Below, piece by piece: positions 11,443 to 24,047 of a stretch of 64,000 bases of DNA. Source of the stretch: Balanoglossus misakiensis. Its lineage: Eukaryota; Animalia; Hemichordata. Position numbers and translations under genes: made by a program. The stretch covers positions 4,402,001-4,466,000 of the forward strand of contig CM082590.2 in the NCBI GenBank assembly GCA_040954595.2, written 5' to 3'. Under the pieces are notes generated by a model, which worked only from the letters and a program-made list of their open reading frames with translations, did not search any database and was not told the DNA's origin. The stretch's first letter is position 1. Each line of letters begins with the position of its first letter.

Positions 11443-13588
11443 TTAATATCTATGCATTACATTGAGTTGAGTTCTGTCTGGCCGGACACAAACAGAAATG
11501 TTTGACAAGCAGTGTTATCAAAGTGATATGCATGATAAATTATTTTTTTCTTTGCCTAACTATTGTTGAATTACTTTGCCTCAAACTACAGTTCTTGTAG
11601 GAGAAGACTTACAAGTTCAATAAACTAAACCGTATAATATAAACGGTATACCAGTACACAATGTAACTTGAAATGCTCACAGCAAAATAACTGGTAGGTT
11701 AAAGACTCTGAGGTCCATAAGCTTAGTACAGGTCAAAGGTTAAGGATGATATTTATTTCAAATGAACAAATAAACGGTTATTGATTGCAAAATATTTGCA
11801 GGAGAAAGCTTTTGTGTATGCAGTAGTGTGATAAGACATGAAAAATAGAGACTTTTTCTCTTAAGTCACCTCATCCTTTTAGCTAGCTGCAACATTTTTG
11901 CATATTTGTAACTTTTGTGAAATTATCACGAAAGTTTTTTTCAAACTCTACTAATATACGCCAATCCAGATGTATGCACTGAAGTATATACAGGTTTTAT
12001 AAACCCCAAGTATGCGTGTATACAAGTTTTAATTGATAAATAATTAAGCCTTTTTTGCATTCTTCAAGACATGTGTGGTCTGGAGTATGTATTTACTGAA
12101 TTTTGACATCAAAAAGAGAAATTTTCTCTTAAATTACCTCATATTATAAAAATTCCTGAATGTTAGTGGGATACAGATTAAAATGTGTTCAAAATGTAGT
12201 GACAATATTTTGAGTATTTTTCAGGACCTGTTACATATAAAATTAAGTTGAAAATGTACATATTTAGGCCATGCAGTTATAAAACTCTGAACAAGATAAA
12301 GATAAAAACCTAAAGTAAACTTTGGTATCCTGTTTTGATCAGGGTTTTACCAGGTACATTGTTGACAAAGTCAACACACTGTCTTGATTTATGCCTGTTA
12401 TGACCTTCACTGTCGAAGAAATTTCTCTTATTTGGTTCATGTTAAGGTATTTATGTGCCCTAAAAATCAAAATCTTCAACTTTTTTTCACATTCAACTAT
12501 TCTTTGTTAAAAATGAGAATACAAACTGGGGGGGGGGGGGGGGTAACCATTCATGAGAGATTAAACCTTTCCAAATGTGAAATCCAAAATAAGTGTGTCT
12601 CATTTGGTTCATGCTTAATTTACTTATGTGCCCTGAAAATCAAAATCTTCAACTTTTTCTCATATTTTGCTCAAGGCAACTTTAGATTATTTTCTTTTAA
12701 AAATTGAAAATAAAACTAGGGGTCACTGTGCAAAATTTTGTATGGGAGATTGAACTTTAGTTTTCAAATTTAAAATCCAAAATGGCTGCCAGTGTATGTG
12801 TTAAGTCTATGGAGAAAAAAATAAATTATGAAAAACATGGTGGCAAACTTACACCATGATATTTTCTTTGATTTCTAAAAGACTCTTCACATATATACTA
12901 AAGAACTTAAATGTTTAAATTTTGTCATCTGTTCTTGAGGCACATATTACCTTAAAGTTTGTTAGTCCATAGTCCCTTTAGGGTCCTGTTAGTCTATATC
13001 TTTGTCTGGTTATCTGTGAATTTATGATTTCAGTGTAAGTACACAGTACATACTCTTTATCAATCAGGTTAGCAATAAAAACCTGAAGAAAAGAAATGGT
13101 GTTGTTCTGATAACATTATTTTCAAAAGTAGGTTACACATAGTAAAGTTTGTCTGGCTAAGATTTATGTAGAAAATGCAAACATGAAATATCAACTTCTC
13201 AAGATTTTTTTTTTATTCAACAGGTAAAAAACACAAATAAATTTAGAATATCTTTTCTCTGTAGTTGACCTAACTTTTCTCTGTAATTGACCACTATTTA
13301 GCGTCAGTTTTCATTTTCCTCCAATTTATTCTCTAAAATTTTCTGAGAGTCGCCAAGCAAAACTGAATAACACAGCAAAATTGTCTCAAATTTGAAATTC
13401 AAGATTACCTTAATTAACTCTTTGGAGAAAAATATATTGGTGAATTTTTTTTTTCAAAAGACAATGAAAACAATTTTCTTCTTTGTTTTCAAAAAGACTC
13501 CCCACATGCATTAATATATCAAAGAATTGACAGGTTTGGAGAACTATAATTTTTTCTGTACAGCTGACCCTGAAGCATATTACCTTAA

Positions 13589-14324
13589 GGTGGCATTGCA
13601 TGAAACCGTCGAGACTTTTTCAGAGGCCTATTTATCATCAAAGACAACGTTAAAACCCCCATAAACCATATATATTCTGGAAGCTGAGTTTTTGAACTTT
13701 TGTTTGAGTTGCAAATATTATTGATCCCCTGAAATGATGGCGATTTTGGGTGAAAAAAAAAACATTTTTTGATATTATGTCATTAAATTTAAATTAGGTA
13801 AAAAAGTTGACCATGCATCATGCATCTTAATATGTCAATCAAAACTAGAGTACACGTGCAAAAAAACGGTAATTTTGTTTTGCGTTATCTGCTTCTATTG
13901 AGGAGCAACAGCGTTTGAAAGTTAGATTTTTAGTAAAATTTGATCAAATTCACGGTGAGTTGTATTGAATCAGAGTTTATTCCCACCAGGGACACTTTAT
14001 CGACTAACAAAAATACCGTTTTGTTGGATGGGTCATACACAATCCCCTATTAAAATTTGAGCAAATTCGGCCAACGCAGAGTAAAGCTATTTTCGTCTGA
14101 AGTTGTCAAGAGCAGCGAAACTGCAAACTGAGAAAAACGGCCATTTGCATTGTTGACACCTATTTGTTAAGCTGTGAACTCATTCAGAAAAGTGTTATTT
14201 TGGGGTGATTATGCACCATTTCCGCCAAGACGTATTAGTCAGGATGTGGGTCAGTATTAGGCCTACCGATTTATGTAAAAAAGTAAAATTTGGCAAAAAT
14301 CACAAGTTTTCATGCAATGCCACC
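13589..14324 (+). mobile_element. 736-bp non-autonomous Kolobok-type DNA transposon
   Basis: TTAA TSD; 17-bp TIR GGTGGCATTGCATGAAA; second copy in opposite orientation at 53848-54580 (strand label arbitrary). Confidence 0.9.
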
Positions 14325-15015
14325 TTAATTAAGGTCATTTTTCATCTATAAGTAAATAGTTACCTTTAATTACCTGTTATTTATCAATGAAATATTATGC
14401 ACACATTTCAATCTACTCGGGAAGTGACTAATTATAACTTCACTCATATTCTGTTGAAATGACAATGATGTATGTAAATTGGAAATTTATCTTGATAGAA
14501 TAATTAATAATTAAATAGCATACTATTAATAAAATGAATGTCGTTTTATATATCATGAACATCTTTTTTAATCTACATAAATTGAATGCTATTAAAAAAA
14601 ATAATATAAATTAAGCTGCACTCCCCTAAATATAAAATGGTTTACCCCTAAGTCTAATCTGATGTATAGTGTGGTAAAATTTGTGGCAATAAAATGGCAA
14701 CCACTTTAGTGTTCAGTGAAAACAGTGTGGGACATATTTATCCACCTGACCAGTATTAGAAACATATTTTTTTTAAGAAATCGTTTTAAGGATGTACGTG
14801 CAGAACATAAACCGGAAAACTGCGCACACTCGTCTTATTCCCATAGGATTACATTTGATAATTGCTAGAAAACAAACTTCTACTCTTGTCATTTTCATGA
14901 AATTTCACACAAAGCTCAGTCCAGTAAATATAAATTCATTGGTCAAATAAAATATAGGGGTCACCGCGCTCAATTTTGAGATAAATTGCGCTTAAAAATT
15001 TGCATTCATTAATAA

Positions 15016-15609
15016 AGAGAAAACTACACGCCACTGATAAGTTAAACTGTTATTTTTCTAGAAGCGTCCGAAAGCTTTAATGATGTCAAATATACAAAAT
15101 TTATAAAAATTGTGTGAAATATGATGAAATCGTGCGCATCATGCAAGAACTATGATGTCATTCCACACTACGGCAGCCAGAGAAACAAAAAAATTCACAA
15201 TATTAATAAAATTGCCTACCTACCTACCCTTTTTTGAAAACCATGTAATCGGAACACATATATTATTTTTATGTTGCCTAAGACCGAAAGAGTGATGTTC
15301 AAACTTCTTCGACACGGTGATGATCCTTGCTGCTGTGTTTTGTGAGTGCTGAAGAAGATTTGTTGCAGATTGAGGAAGACCGAACATTAACGAATTGCAG
15401 TAATCAAGTTTGGTTGAAAGAACTGCATGAATTAAAGTACAACAATCATTAGAAGACAGGTACTGACGTATTGATCTGATGCGTCGAAGATGAAAAAACA
15501 CAAGTTGTAGGGCCTACTCTCTTGAGTGAGGAGAAACCCTAACCCTAACCCTAGCCCTAACCCTAACAGTGAGGAGAAACCCTAACCCTAACCCTAGCCC
15601 TAACCCTAA
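15016..15609. repeat. duplicated block copy 2, ending in telomere-like array 2 (~15524-15609)
   Basis: co-linear with 6371-6991. Confidence 0.9.
15285..15505 (-). mobile_element. L2/CR1-group LINE ORF2 fragment
   Basis: ORF 15220..15501: FFHLRRIRSIRQYL...LIHAVLSTKLDYCNSLMFGLP...LQHSQNTAARIIT, the conserved post-RT segment of L2/Crack-type LINEs. Confidence 0.85.
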
Positions 15610-17457
15610 TTAGGGTCCAACGGGCATTAGGGGACCTGAGATTTCGGGCTCTAACCCTACTGCCTTGCCAATGTTTTTTTTACCCCTCCTTTTGATACAA
15701 TGTAGGTAAACATATAAACAACAACAACAACAAATATCAACAAAAACAAGTCAACCCTTCCATGTTTTTTTAAGGTCGAGTCCCCCAATGCCCAACTTAT
15801 GTCTTGTTTGGCCAAAAAAAGAGGGTTAGAGAATATTGTTTGGATTTATTTTGTTATCTTTTAGGTTGTTGTTATTGATTTTGGTCCCCTGTCTAACCCC
15901 AGCCTTTAAAAAAACCATTTTTAGAAAGGCCAAAAAAATGCCTTGGTGGGTATATGCAAGTTGCTCCAGACGGCAAGTCCAAATTGTGCATGGACGGATT
16001 TCTTGGTAGGTACTTTTAAATTTTACATAAACCATAACAAACTATATATTTTCCGAAAGGTCTCGGCGAGTTCTATAACATACTAAAATTTAACAAACTT
16101 TGAACTTGACCTTGAAAAGTTATTGCGGAAAAACCTATTGAAAAAAACATACTTTATAGGGTACGCGGTGTCACCCCCTTAATATAGTTGGAAACCACTG
16201 AAAATTACAGGATAGATTGATAATAAGTTGTTATAATGTGGTGTGGTGAAAAAATTTTGAAATTCGAAGGTCAAGGTCAACTTCGCCATTGCTTATAGTT
16301 GTTGGTTTACCTATGTCGGATTTCATTATCCTTTGACCTTTGACCTTGATATTTGGTACACAAGTAGAGTGTCTATCTATAAACTCTTGACAAAAGTTAC
16401 ATTGAAATATTTTAACATAAAAGCACTTTTTTGACCAAAAAGCTAACTTCTGTAAATTAGCTGTAAATTAGCTTTTTTTTAATATACACTTTGCTTTTTT
16501 AAGATTATTTTTTTATTTTAGGCATTTCAAGGATGAAACTTTCCAGAAACCATCATGAGATGTTCTAGAATATAAAAAAGTTTACACTTTTGAGATTGGA
16601 CGCCATTAAGTATTCCAAATGTTGTTACAAAATAGACTGAAATAATGCCCATAGACTTAACATGTATAAAAACAAAAGAATACATTTTTTGGACACTTTG
16701 TAATTTTTTTTTAATGTATTTGTTTTGTCTTTTATATATGATATAGAGTAGTAATTGCTCTATTCAAAACACTATTTGGTTTAAAGATCTGATTTCATTT
16801 AGTCTTTTATTTTAATTTATTCTATTGTAATTATGCATGTTCAAGTATAGGGAAAATATTCAGTTTTGAGGTTAAGTTTGCATTACTTTTAACACACTTA
16901 GGGTTGGCCGATCTTCAAACTGTAACTGGTTTTGAGACCACCAATAACTGCTCTAAAACATATTGAAGACCGGATGTAAAATCATTAAGAATAAATTTAT
17001 AGGTGGGGCCACAATAAAGGGATGTAAAAGTAATTATTTCGCTTTAATTGCATGTTAAAGAATAGGAAAAAATGATAACATTAGAGAACCTATCATAAAA
17101 TGTAAAATAAAGGAGCTTAAGAGCTGATTTTTCCGGGAATGATAGACATTTAAATTCTCTATTCTGGGGTACCTTAATATCTAAGAAATGTAGACAAGAA
17201 GTTATAAAAATATAATTATGAAACAAAATGGTTGTGCCCCATAGGCTTTACACTGTAGAAAACAGGGTGTCATAGGTAAAAAATTAGGAAAGTAAGAAAA
17301 CATGTTGTTTAAAGCTTGTAATTTTTCAGTGATTGTTAAGAACTTGTTGGGATACTACCTACATTTTTTAAAGTTGTTACATGTACAGCAATGCCAGTAA
17401 CTATGAATACAAACTAGGTAATTCATAAACCTCATATAGAAATTTTCGCTATATTGC

Positions 17458-19385
17458 TACTTTACTTTTGGCACACCTTTTAATTTATTCTTAAAGATTT
17501 CACATCGGGTCTTCAATATGTTTTAGAGTAATAGTTAGCCATCTCAAAACAGGTTACACTTTAAAGATTGACCCACTATAAGTGTTACAGTAGTGTTGCA
17601 AACATTAGCTAAAACTTACATTTTCCCCTATACCTTAACATAGAAAACATCACTTTACTTTTGGCACACCTATTAATTTATTCTTAAAGATTTCACATCG
17701 GGTCTTCAATATGTTTTAGAGTAATAGTTGGAGATCTCAAAACAGTTTACACTTGAAAGATAGACCCACTCCAAGTGTTACAGTATTATTGCAAACATTA
17801 CCTAGAAACAGTGATTCACCCTATACTTTAACATGATTGTAGACATAAGATCCACTGTAACATCACTTTACTTTTGCCACACCTTTTAATTTATTCTTAA
17901 AGATTTCACATTGGGTCTTCAATATGTTTTAGAGGAATAGTTGGCAATCTCAAAACAGGTTACACTTTAAAGATGGACCCACTCTAAGTGTTACAGTAGT
18001 GTTGCAAACATTGGCTAAAACTTACATATTTTCTGTGTGAAATTTATGAATTACCTAGTTTGTATCAATAGTTTATGGCATTACAGTACAGGTAACAACT
18101 TAAAAATAATGTAGGTAGTATCCCAGCATGTTCTTAACAGTCTCTGAAAATTACAAGCTTTAAACAACATGTTTTCATACTTTACTAATTTTTTACCTAT
18201 GACACCCTGTTTTCTACAGTGTTAATCCTATGGGGCACAAACATATTGTTTCATAATTATATTTTTTATAACTTCCTGTTTGAATTTGAAAAACAACATT
18301 TCCCCTACAGCATAGAGAATTAAAAGGTTTATCTATTCTGAAAAAAATAGAACTTAAGCTTCTTTTGAAAAGATTTTACAGCAATTTCTAAACTTCAGTG
18401 ATTCACCCTATACTTTAACATGCATGTAGACATAAGATCCACTGTAACATCACTTTACTTTTGCCACACCTGTTTATTTATTATTAAAGATTTCACATTG
18501 GGTCTTCAATATGTTTTAGAGGAATAGTTGGAGATCTCAAAACAGTTTACACTTTAAAGATATACCCACTCCAAGTGTTACAGTAGTGTTGCAAACATTG
18601 GCTAAAACTTACATTTTCCCCTATACCTTAACATAGAAAACATCACTTTACTTTTGGCACACCTATTAATTTATTCTTAAAGATTTCACATCGGGTCTTC
18701 AATATGTTTTAGAGTGATAGTTGGAGATCTCAAAACAGTTTACACTTTAAAGATAGACCCACTCCAAGTGTTACAGTATTATTGCAAACATTACCTAGAA
18801 ACAGTGATTCACCCTATACTTTAACATGCATGTAGACATAAGATCCACTGTAACATCACTTTACTTTTGCCACACCTGTTTATTTATTATTAAAGATTTC
18901 AAATTGGGTCTTCAATATGTTTTAGAGGAATAGTTGGCAATTTCAAAACAGGTTACACTTTAAAGATGGACCCACTCCAAGTGTTACAGTAGTGTTGCAA
19001 ACATTGGCTCAAACTTACATATTTTCTGTGTGAAATTTATGAATTACCTAGTTTGTATCAATAGTTTATGGCATTATAGTACGGGTAACAACTTAAAAAA
19101 ATGTAGGTAGTATCCCATCATGTTCTTAACAGTCTCTGAAAATTACAAGCATTAAACAACATGTTTTCGTACTTTCCTAATTTTTTACCTATGACACCCT
19201 TTTTTCTACAGTGTTAACCCAATGGGGCACAAACATTTTGTTTCATAATTATATTTTTTATAACTTCTTGTTTGAATTTGAAAAACAACAATTCCCCTAC
19301 AGCATAGAGAATAAAAAGGTTTATCAATTCTGAAAAAATTAGAACTTAAGCTTCTTTTGAAAAGATTTTACAGCAATTTCTAAAC
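17458..19385. repeat. internal modular repeats of element A: ~200-bp units within a ~990-bp tandem duplication
   Basis: actttacttttg..cacacc...aagatttcaca..gggtcttcaatatgttttagag units at ~17458, 17652, 17863, 18451, 18645, 18857 (offset ~993). Confidence 0.85.
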
Positions 19386-20444
19386 TTGGCCCATAGGAAT
19401 ACATGCATTAAAATAAGCTAGAAGATAGGCAATTTTTAACTTGGCGACATTTTTTCAAAAAGGTTTAGTTTTATGCTTATTGAAACAAATATCTTACAAT
19501 CCGATACATGGTTTTGAAGCTTAGATTCTGCTCTCTCTAACCGCTGAAACCGTTTTTCAAGAATCGTAAGAATGAAATCAGAGAGCCAACGATTAGGATT
19601 AGTTACGATCTTAATTTGCACACACTTCTGGGTTTCGGCTAATTGTACGCACATACTTTTTAAAATAGGCTTCGTTTATTGCTTATTCTAATAAATATCT
19701 AACAATCCAATATATGGTTTTAAAGCTAAGAATCTTGGCTTTCTAACCGCTGAAATCGTTTTTTAAAAATCGTAGAAAATGAAATCAGAGAGCCGTCGAT
19801 TACGATTTGTAATGGTTGTATTAGGGTTAGGGTTTTACAACCATTTTCGGGTTTCGGCGACAGGCTGACGAATATGCTTTTTTTAAGAGTTTGCTTTAAT
19901 TATTTCACGAATCCAACATATCATGAGAAAGAGCAGATCTTGTGCTTCCCAACGATATACATGATTTTCTTATTTGTTTTTATTTTCAATACATAATTCA
20001 TTGATTTTGTAGCACACTGTCAAGCACGATGCTTGCTATTGCCATTTAAAATACGACTCCCTAACTTACTCTTAATCTTACTTCCCACGAAACCTCGGTT
20101 TTCTCGTCGACGAAAACATTAAATCTACGTTATAATGCATTAGAGATACAGTTTAAACCGCTAGCAAAAGGTACTCTATTTACTTAAGAGTCCATCTAAG
20201 GTTTTTCCCGAGTTTGTGCGCTACTCCAGTCACTCATTTGCTCAAAGTATTTCGTCCGTCAACCGCTATTCAAGGCACTCATTCAAGGCACTCATTTCTT
20301 AAAGGTCATCATTGATTATTTTGTTCTTAGGTTCGTCAAGAGTAAACCGCTATTCAAGGCACTCTTTTTCTGTAAGGTCACCATTAATTATAAGGTTCTT
20401 TCGTCCGTCAAGAGTAAACCGCTATTCAAGGCACTCTATTCACT

Positions 20445-22644
20445 ATGTCTAAGAGAGTATTTGGTAGTTCCTATTGTGATATTTCTGATTCTGGTTCACA
20501 CTTGTCAGGTGTTGAAGCTCTTCCAGTTGAATCATCTGACACAGAAAGCATAGAAATTCCACCAGCTCGCAGTGCAGGTAGGCCTAAGCGACTCTTTCCG
20601 GCTAAATATTTCTATGGGTCTAATAAGAAAAAGCAGAGGAAATCAAAACAGCCAAATAAACAGGATTTGAGGAAAAAAATTGACTGTCCAGTAGATGACT
20701 GCTCTGCCAAAGTGTTCAAGCTTAAAAGGCACCTAATGCAGATGCATGATGTCCCTGAAATGAGGGCGTTATTGATGACATCAAAGCACGCAACAACAAA
20801 AAGAATGGAAAGAAGGGCAAATCGAGACAGACCTTACCATCAATGTCCCCTCGATTGTGGTGCTACGGTTAAAAGACTGGACAAGCACCTGATGAATACT
20901 CACCGGTACGAGAGGGGGGATCCTCGTCTGGCGAATATTTTAGCCGACGCAAAAAAAAAAATCTTACAAAAAGGCCGCGTTAGAAAGGAAGGCTCGTAAA
21001 CAATCAACCGTATCAAACACATCTAAACAAAAAGAGCACAGGCCCAGAAGCCGAACAAGACCGGACCAGCAGGGCATAACGGAAAAAAGAAACCGCTCTC
21101 CCAGAAGCCCCCAGCAGGCCCCAGTTAGGGAAATAATCCCTGTAGTCAGAGAATCATCTGACGAGGAGTACATAGTACCACCTAAACGTTACCGGCGTAT
21201 CATTCCCCCCGCCGATAGTGATGAGGGTGAGGTCGAAGATGTGAGCGAAATATCAAATTCGTTTGAGGCCCACCTTTTGACTGCAGATGGAGGGCGCCGA
21301 TCACAAACTTCGGCCAAACAGAATAGGTCTCAGGTAGGCCGCCTTTTCCAGTCATTGGGGTCCCTTGAAGCAGTGGGAGATAGACAAAAAGTTCTTTAAA
21401 AAAGTTCATTGAAAACACACCCAATCTTAAAGCAAGTTCCGTAAGGAGCTATCTATTTTCATTTGGTATGATTTATAACTTTTGTTCATGCAGCACCCCA
21501 CCTCTCCTCCCACGCAAAGCAGATCTGATGCACAGATTAGTTTTAAAATGGGCTACTAGCTACAGGAAAGAGGTAAATCAAAGGTCTGCCGAATTCCAAT
21601 CCGAAGTGGTGCACCAGCTGATAACACCTGCCAAATTTAGATCCTTTGAAAATAGCAAAACGGCAAGAGATGCCTACAAAATTATTGCATCTGCTGGGAA
21701 GAAAACCAAAGTTAGCGAACAGGAATATAAAACTGCTAATGGGTATATACTGGTCTGCATAGCCCTGGATTCTGCCTAAAGATCTGGAGCGCTGCGCAAT
21801 GTAACAATCCGCGACTTCAATAAAGCGGTTGAAACCGACAACGGTCATGTTGTTTTAGTCGCAGAACATAAAACGGCCAGCTCCCATGGCGTGGCACGTT
21901 TGGTATTTACCAGGCCTCTATATAGAATAACATCACTTATGATTAGAGACTTGTTACCTAAAACACCAGGTGGAAATAAACCCACAAGGAGACTTTTCTC
22001 AAGTTTTTGTGGAGAGCAGCTAAGTAGCTCTACTTTCGCCAAATTCTTGGCTGATTCCTGGCGGAAATCAGGAGTTTCAAAAAAGAAACTGACAAGTACT
22101 ATTTGTCGAAAGAGTATGGTCACCATGGTTTTAGACACCCAGCCCGAGCTATCGAAGAAATTGGCTAGCCATATGAGCCACAGGGAGACGACCCAGGCAT
22201 CCTATTATAGGATTGCTGGAGCTGTGCAGGAAAGTTCTAATGTCATGCAGGAAACAAGAAAAATTAGAGATGGATTAACATCAAAAAGTAATGCAAAAGC
22301 TGAAATTGGTCAAACAGAACCAAAGGAGCAGGAGAAAGTAGAGCCAATGGACACTGGGGAGGATGATACAGCTGTAGATCCTCTGGAAATTGTGGATTCT
22401 GAATCCATACATGCACCCTCCACTACCGAGCAGTCGCACGTCTTCTCTGGAAGACGAAGCTTTTCAATAGACCAAGTTGAACTGATAGAAGGAAGATTTA
22501 GAAAAAAACATCTTGGAAAAATGTGTCACTGCTGCCCAGGTTAGGCAAGTAATGGAGGAAGACCCTGATTTTAAGGGCAGGTTCCATGGATATACGGTGA
22601 AGCAAATTGTAGACAGAATCCGGTGTAGTTTCAGAAAAAGATAA
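20445..22644 (+). pseudogene. zinc-finger + tyrosine recombinase (lambda-integrase fold), ~730 aa when reconstructed; disrupted
   Basis: joined ORFs give CPVDDC..LKRHLMQMH and CPLDC..LDKHLMNTH fingers; FEAHLLTADGG..AKQNRSQV; VRSYLFS; LDSA*RSGALRNVT (catalytic R); EHKT (K); TICRKS (R); LASHMSH..TQASYY (H, Y). Frameshifts at homopolymers ~20955, ~21398, ~22505 and TAA at 21777-21779. Confidence 0.85.
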
Positions 22645-23100
22645 GAGTAAATGGCTCTTCAAGGCACTCTTTTCCCGGTGTAGTTTAAGAAAAAAGTAAA
22701 GTTAGTTGTATACCAGAAAGCAAAAAAAAAAAAAAAGAACACTGGCATGACACATGCAAAAATACATTAACAAACATACTGAACACACATTCATATGCAC
22801 CAAACATACTTACACACACTGACATTACACATGCATGCACAAACATGTTCTTTGTTACTGTTTTTTGTTTTGTTATTAATGTTTAAAAAGGAAGACAAGA
22901 AGACTGTTGAAGATAAGAAGAAAAAGAAGAAGAAAAAGAATGTTATTTGTTGTAAAAAAAGGCACAGAGAAATAAAATAAGTGTGTCCAATTGGTGTCTC
23001 AAATGCTATGTCTGATATATTAAAAATAGAGACATGCATTTGATATCCCAGTTGAAACACACAAAACCTCAGCTACGGAGAGTACAAGCGCATATTGGAA

Positions 23101-23390
23101 CCCTCAAAAGGTAGACATTCAAGAAGGAATAGGTAAAAAACAACAACAATAAGGTGAGTAAAATGTGTGCTTTATTAGTGTAAACATTGCTTTATTTAAT
23201 CCCTCAAAAGGTTGAAATTCAAGAAGGGAGAGGCAAAGAACAACAGCAATAAGGTAAGTAAAATGTTTGCTTTATTTGTGTAAAACATTGCTTTATTTTA
23301 TCCCTCAAAAGGTGGAAATACAAGAAGGAAGATGTAAAGAACAACAGCAAATGGGTGAGTTAAATGTGTGTTTTATTATTGTAAATATTG
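23101..23390 (+). repeat. ~100-bp tandem repeat x3
   Basis: ccctcaaaaggt..a.tcaagaagg...caacaGCaa.a.ggt.agt units at ~23101, 23200, 23302. Confidence 0.8.
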
Positions 23391-23882
23391 TTTGAATAAC
23401 AATGGTAAATGAAGTTAATTATGTGTGACCTTGAAACTAACATTGCATTCAAAGACATTCAAACACATTTGAAAACTGTTAACACTTAAAATCCTAAAGA
23501 ATTTTATGTTTTTCAATGTTAAATACAAGACGAGGTGTGAAATAAACAATTTTTAAAAAAGGTCATTTTCAACAAATTATATGTTTTGTTTGATAGCCTA
23601 TAAAAAAATAAGTTGAGTGTAGTTGAGTATGGTTTTTTATTTATTGTAAAAGGAGAAGATTTGCTCTCTAAAACTGTTTTCAGAATGAAAATCGGAGATC
23701 ATTAAGTAGTCAAAAAAGTATGGAAAATAAATATTTTCAAATAAAGTTTTTTGTATCAAAAAAAAAAAATAAACTAAAGTTAACTAGCTAAAGGTATGTA
23801 TTAATGAAAGATGTATGAATTGAAACCAAATAAGGGACTAACCCTCTTGACCTTGACCTAACCACGCCTAAAAAAATAATTC

Positions 23883-24040
23883 GGGTCCCCTAATGCCCAA
23901 CTTATGACGTAAGTTGGGCATTGTGAGACTTGATGTTGGGCATTCGGGGACTTGAAGTTGGGCATTCGGGGACTTGAAGTTGGGCATTAGGGGACTTAGG
24001 TCCCTCAATGCCCAACTTCAGGTCCCCGAATGCCCACCGG
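23883..24040. repeat. subterminal 22-bp motif cluster of element A, in both orientations
   Basis: GTTGGGCATTCGGGGACTTGAA x4 plus three inverted GTCCCC.AATGCCCA copies. Confidence 0.85.
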
Positions 24041-24047
24041 ACCCTAA

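Larger units (their letters stand above)
15610..24047 (+). mobile_element. element A: 8.4-kb TIR-bounded tyrosine-recombinase (Crypton-like) element in a telomere-like array
   Basis: left 15610-15639 TTAGGGTCCAACGGGCATTAGGGGACCTGA; right 24018-24047 TCAGGTCCCCGAATGCCCACCGGACCCTAA (26/30 inverted match); CCCTAA minisatellite on both flanks; internal ZnF-YR gene. Confidence 0.8.

Noticed and set aside
15220-15501. LINE fragment as a telomere-specific retrotransposon explaining the arrays
   Set aside because: Only ~220 bp of an L2-type post-RT region with no 3' tail at the array junction; better explained as flanking DNA
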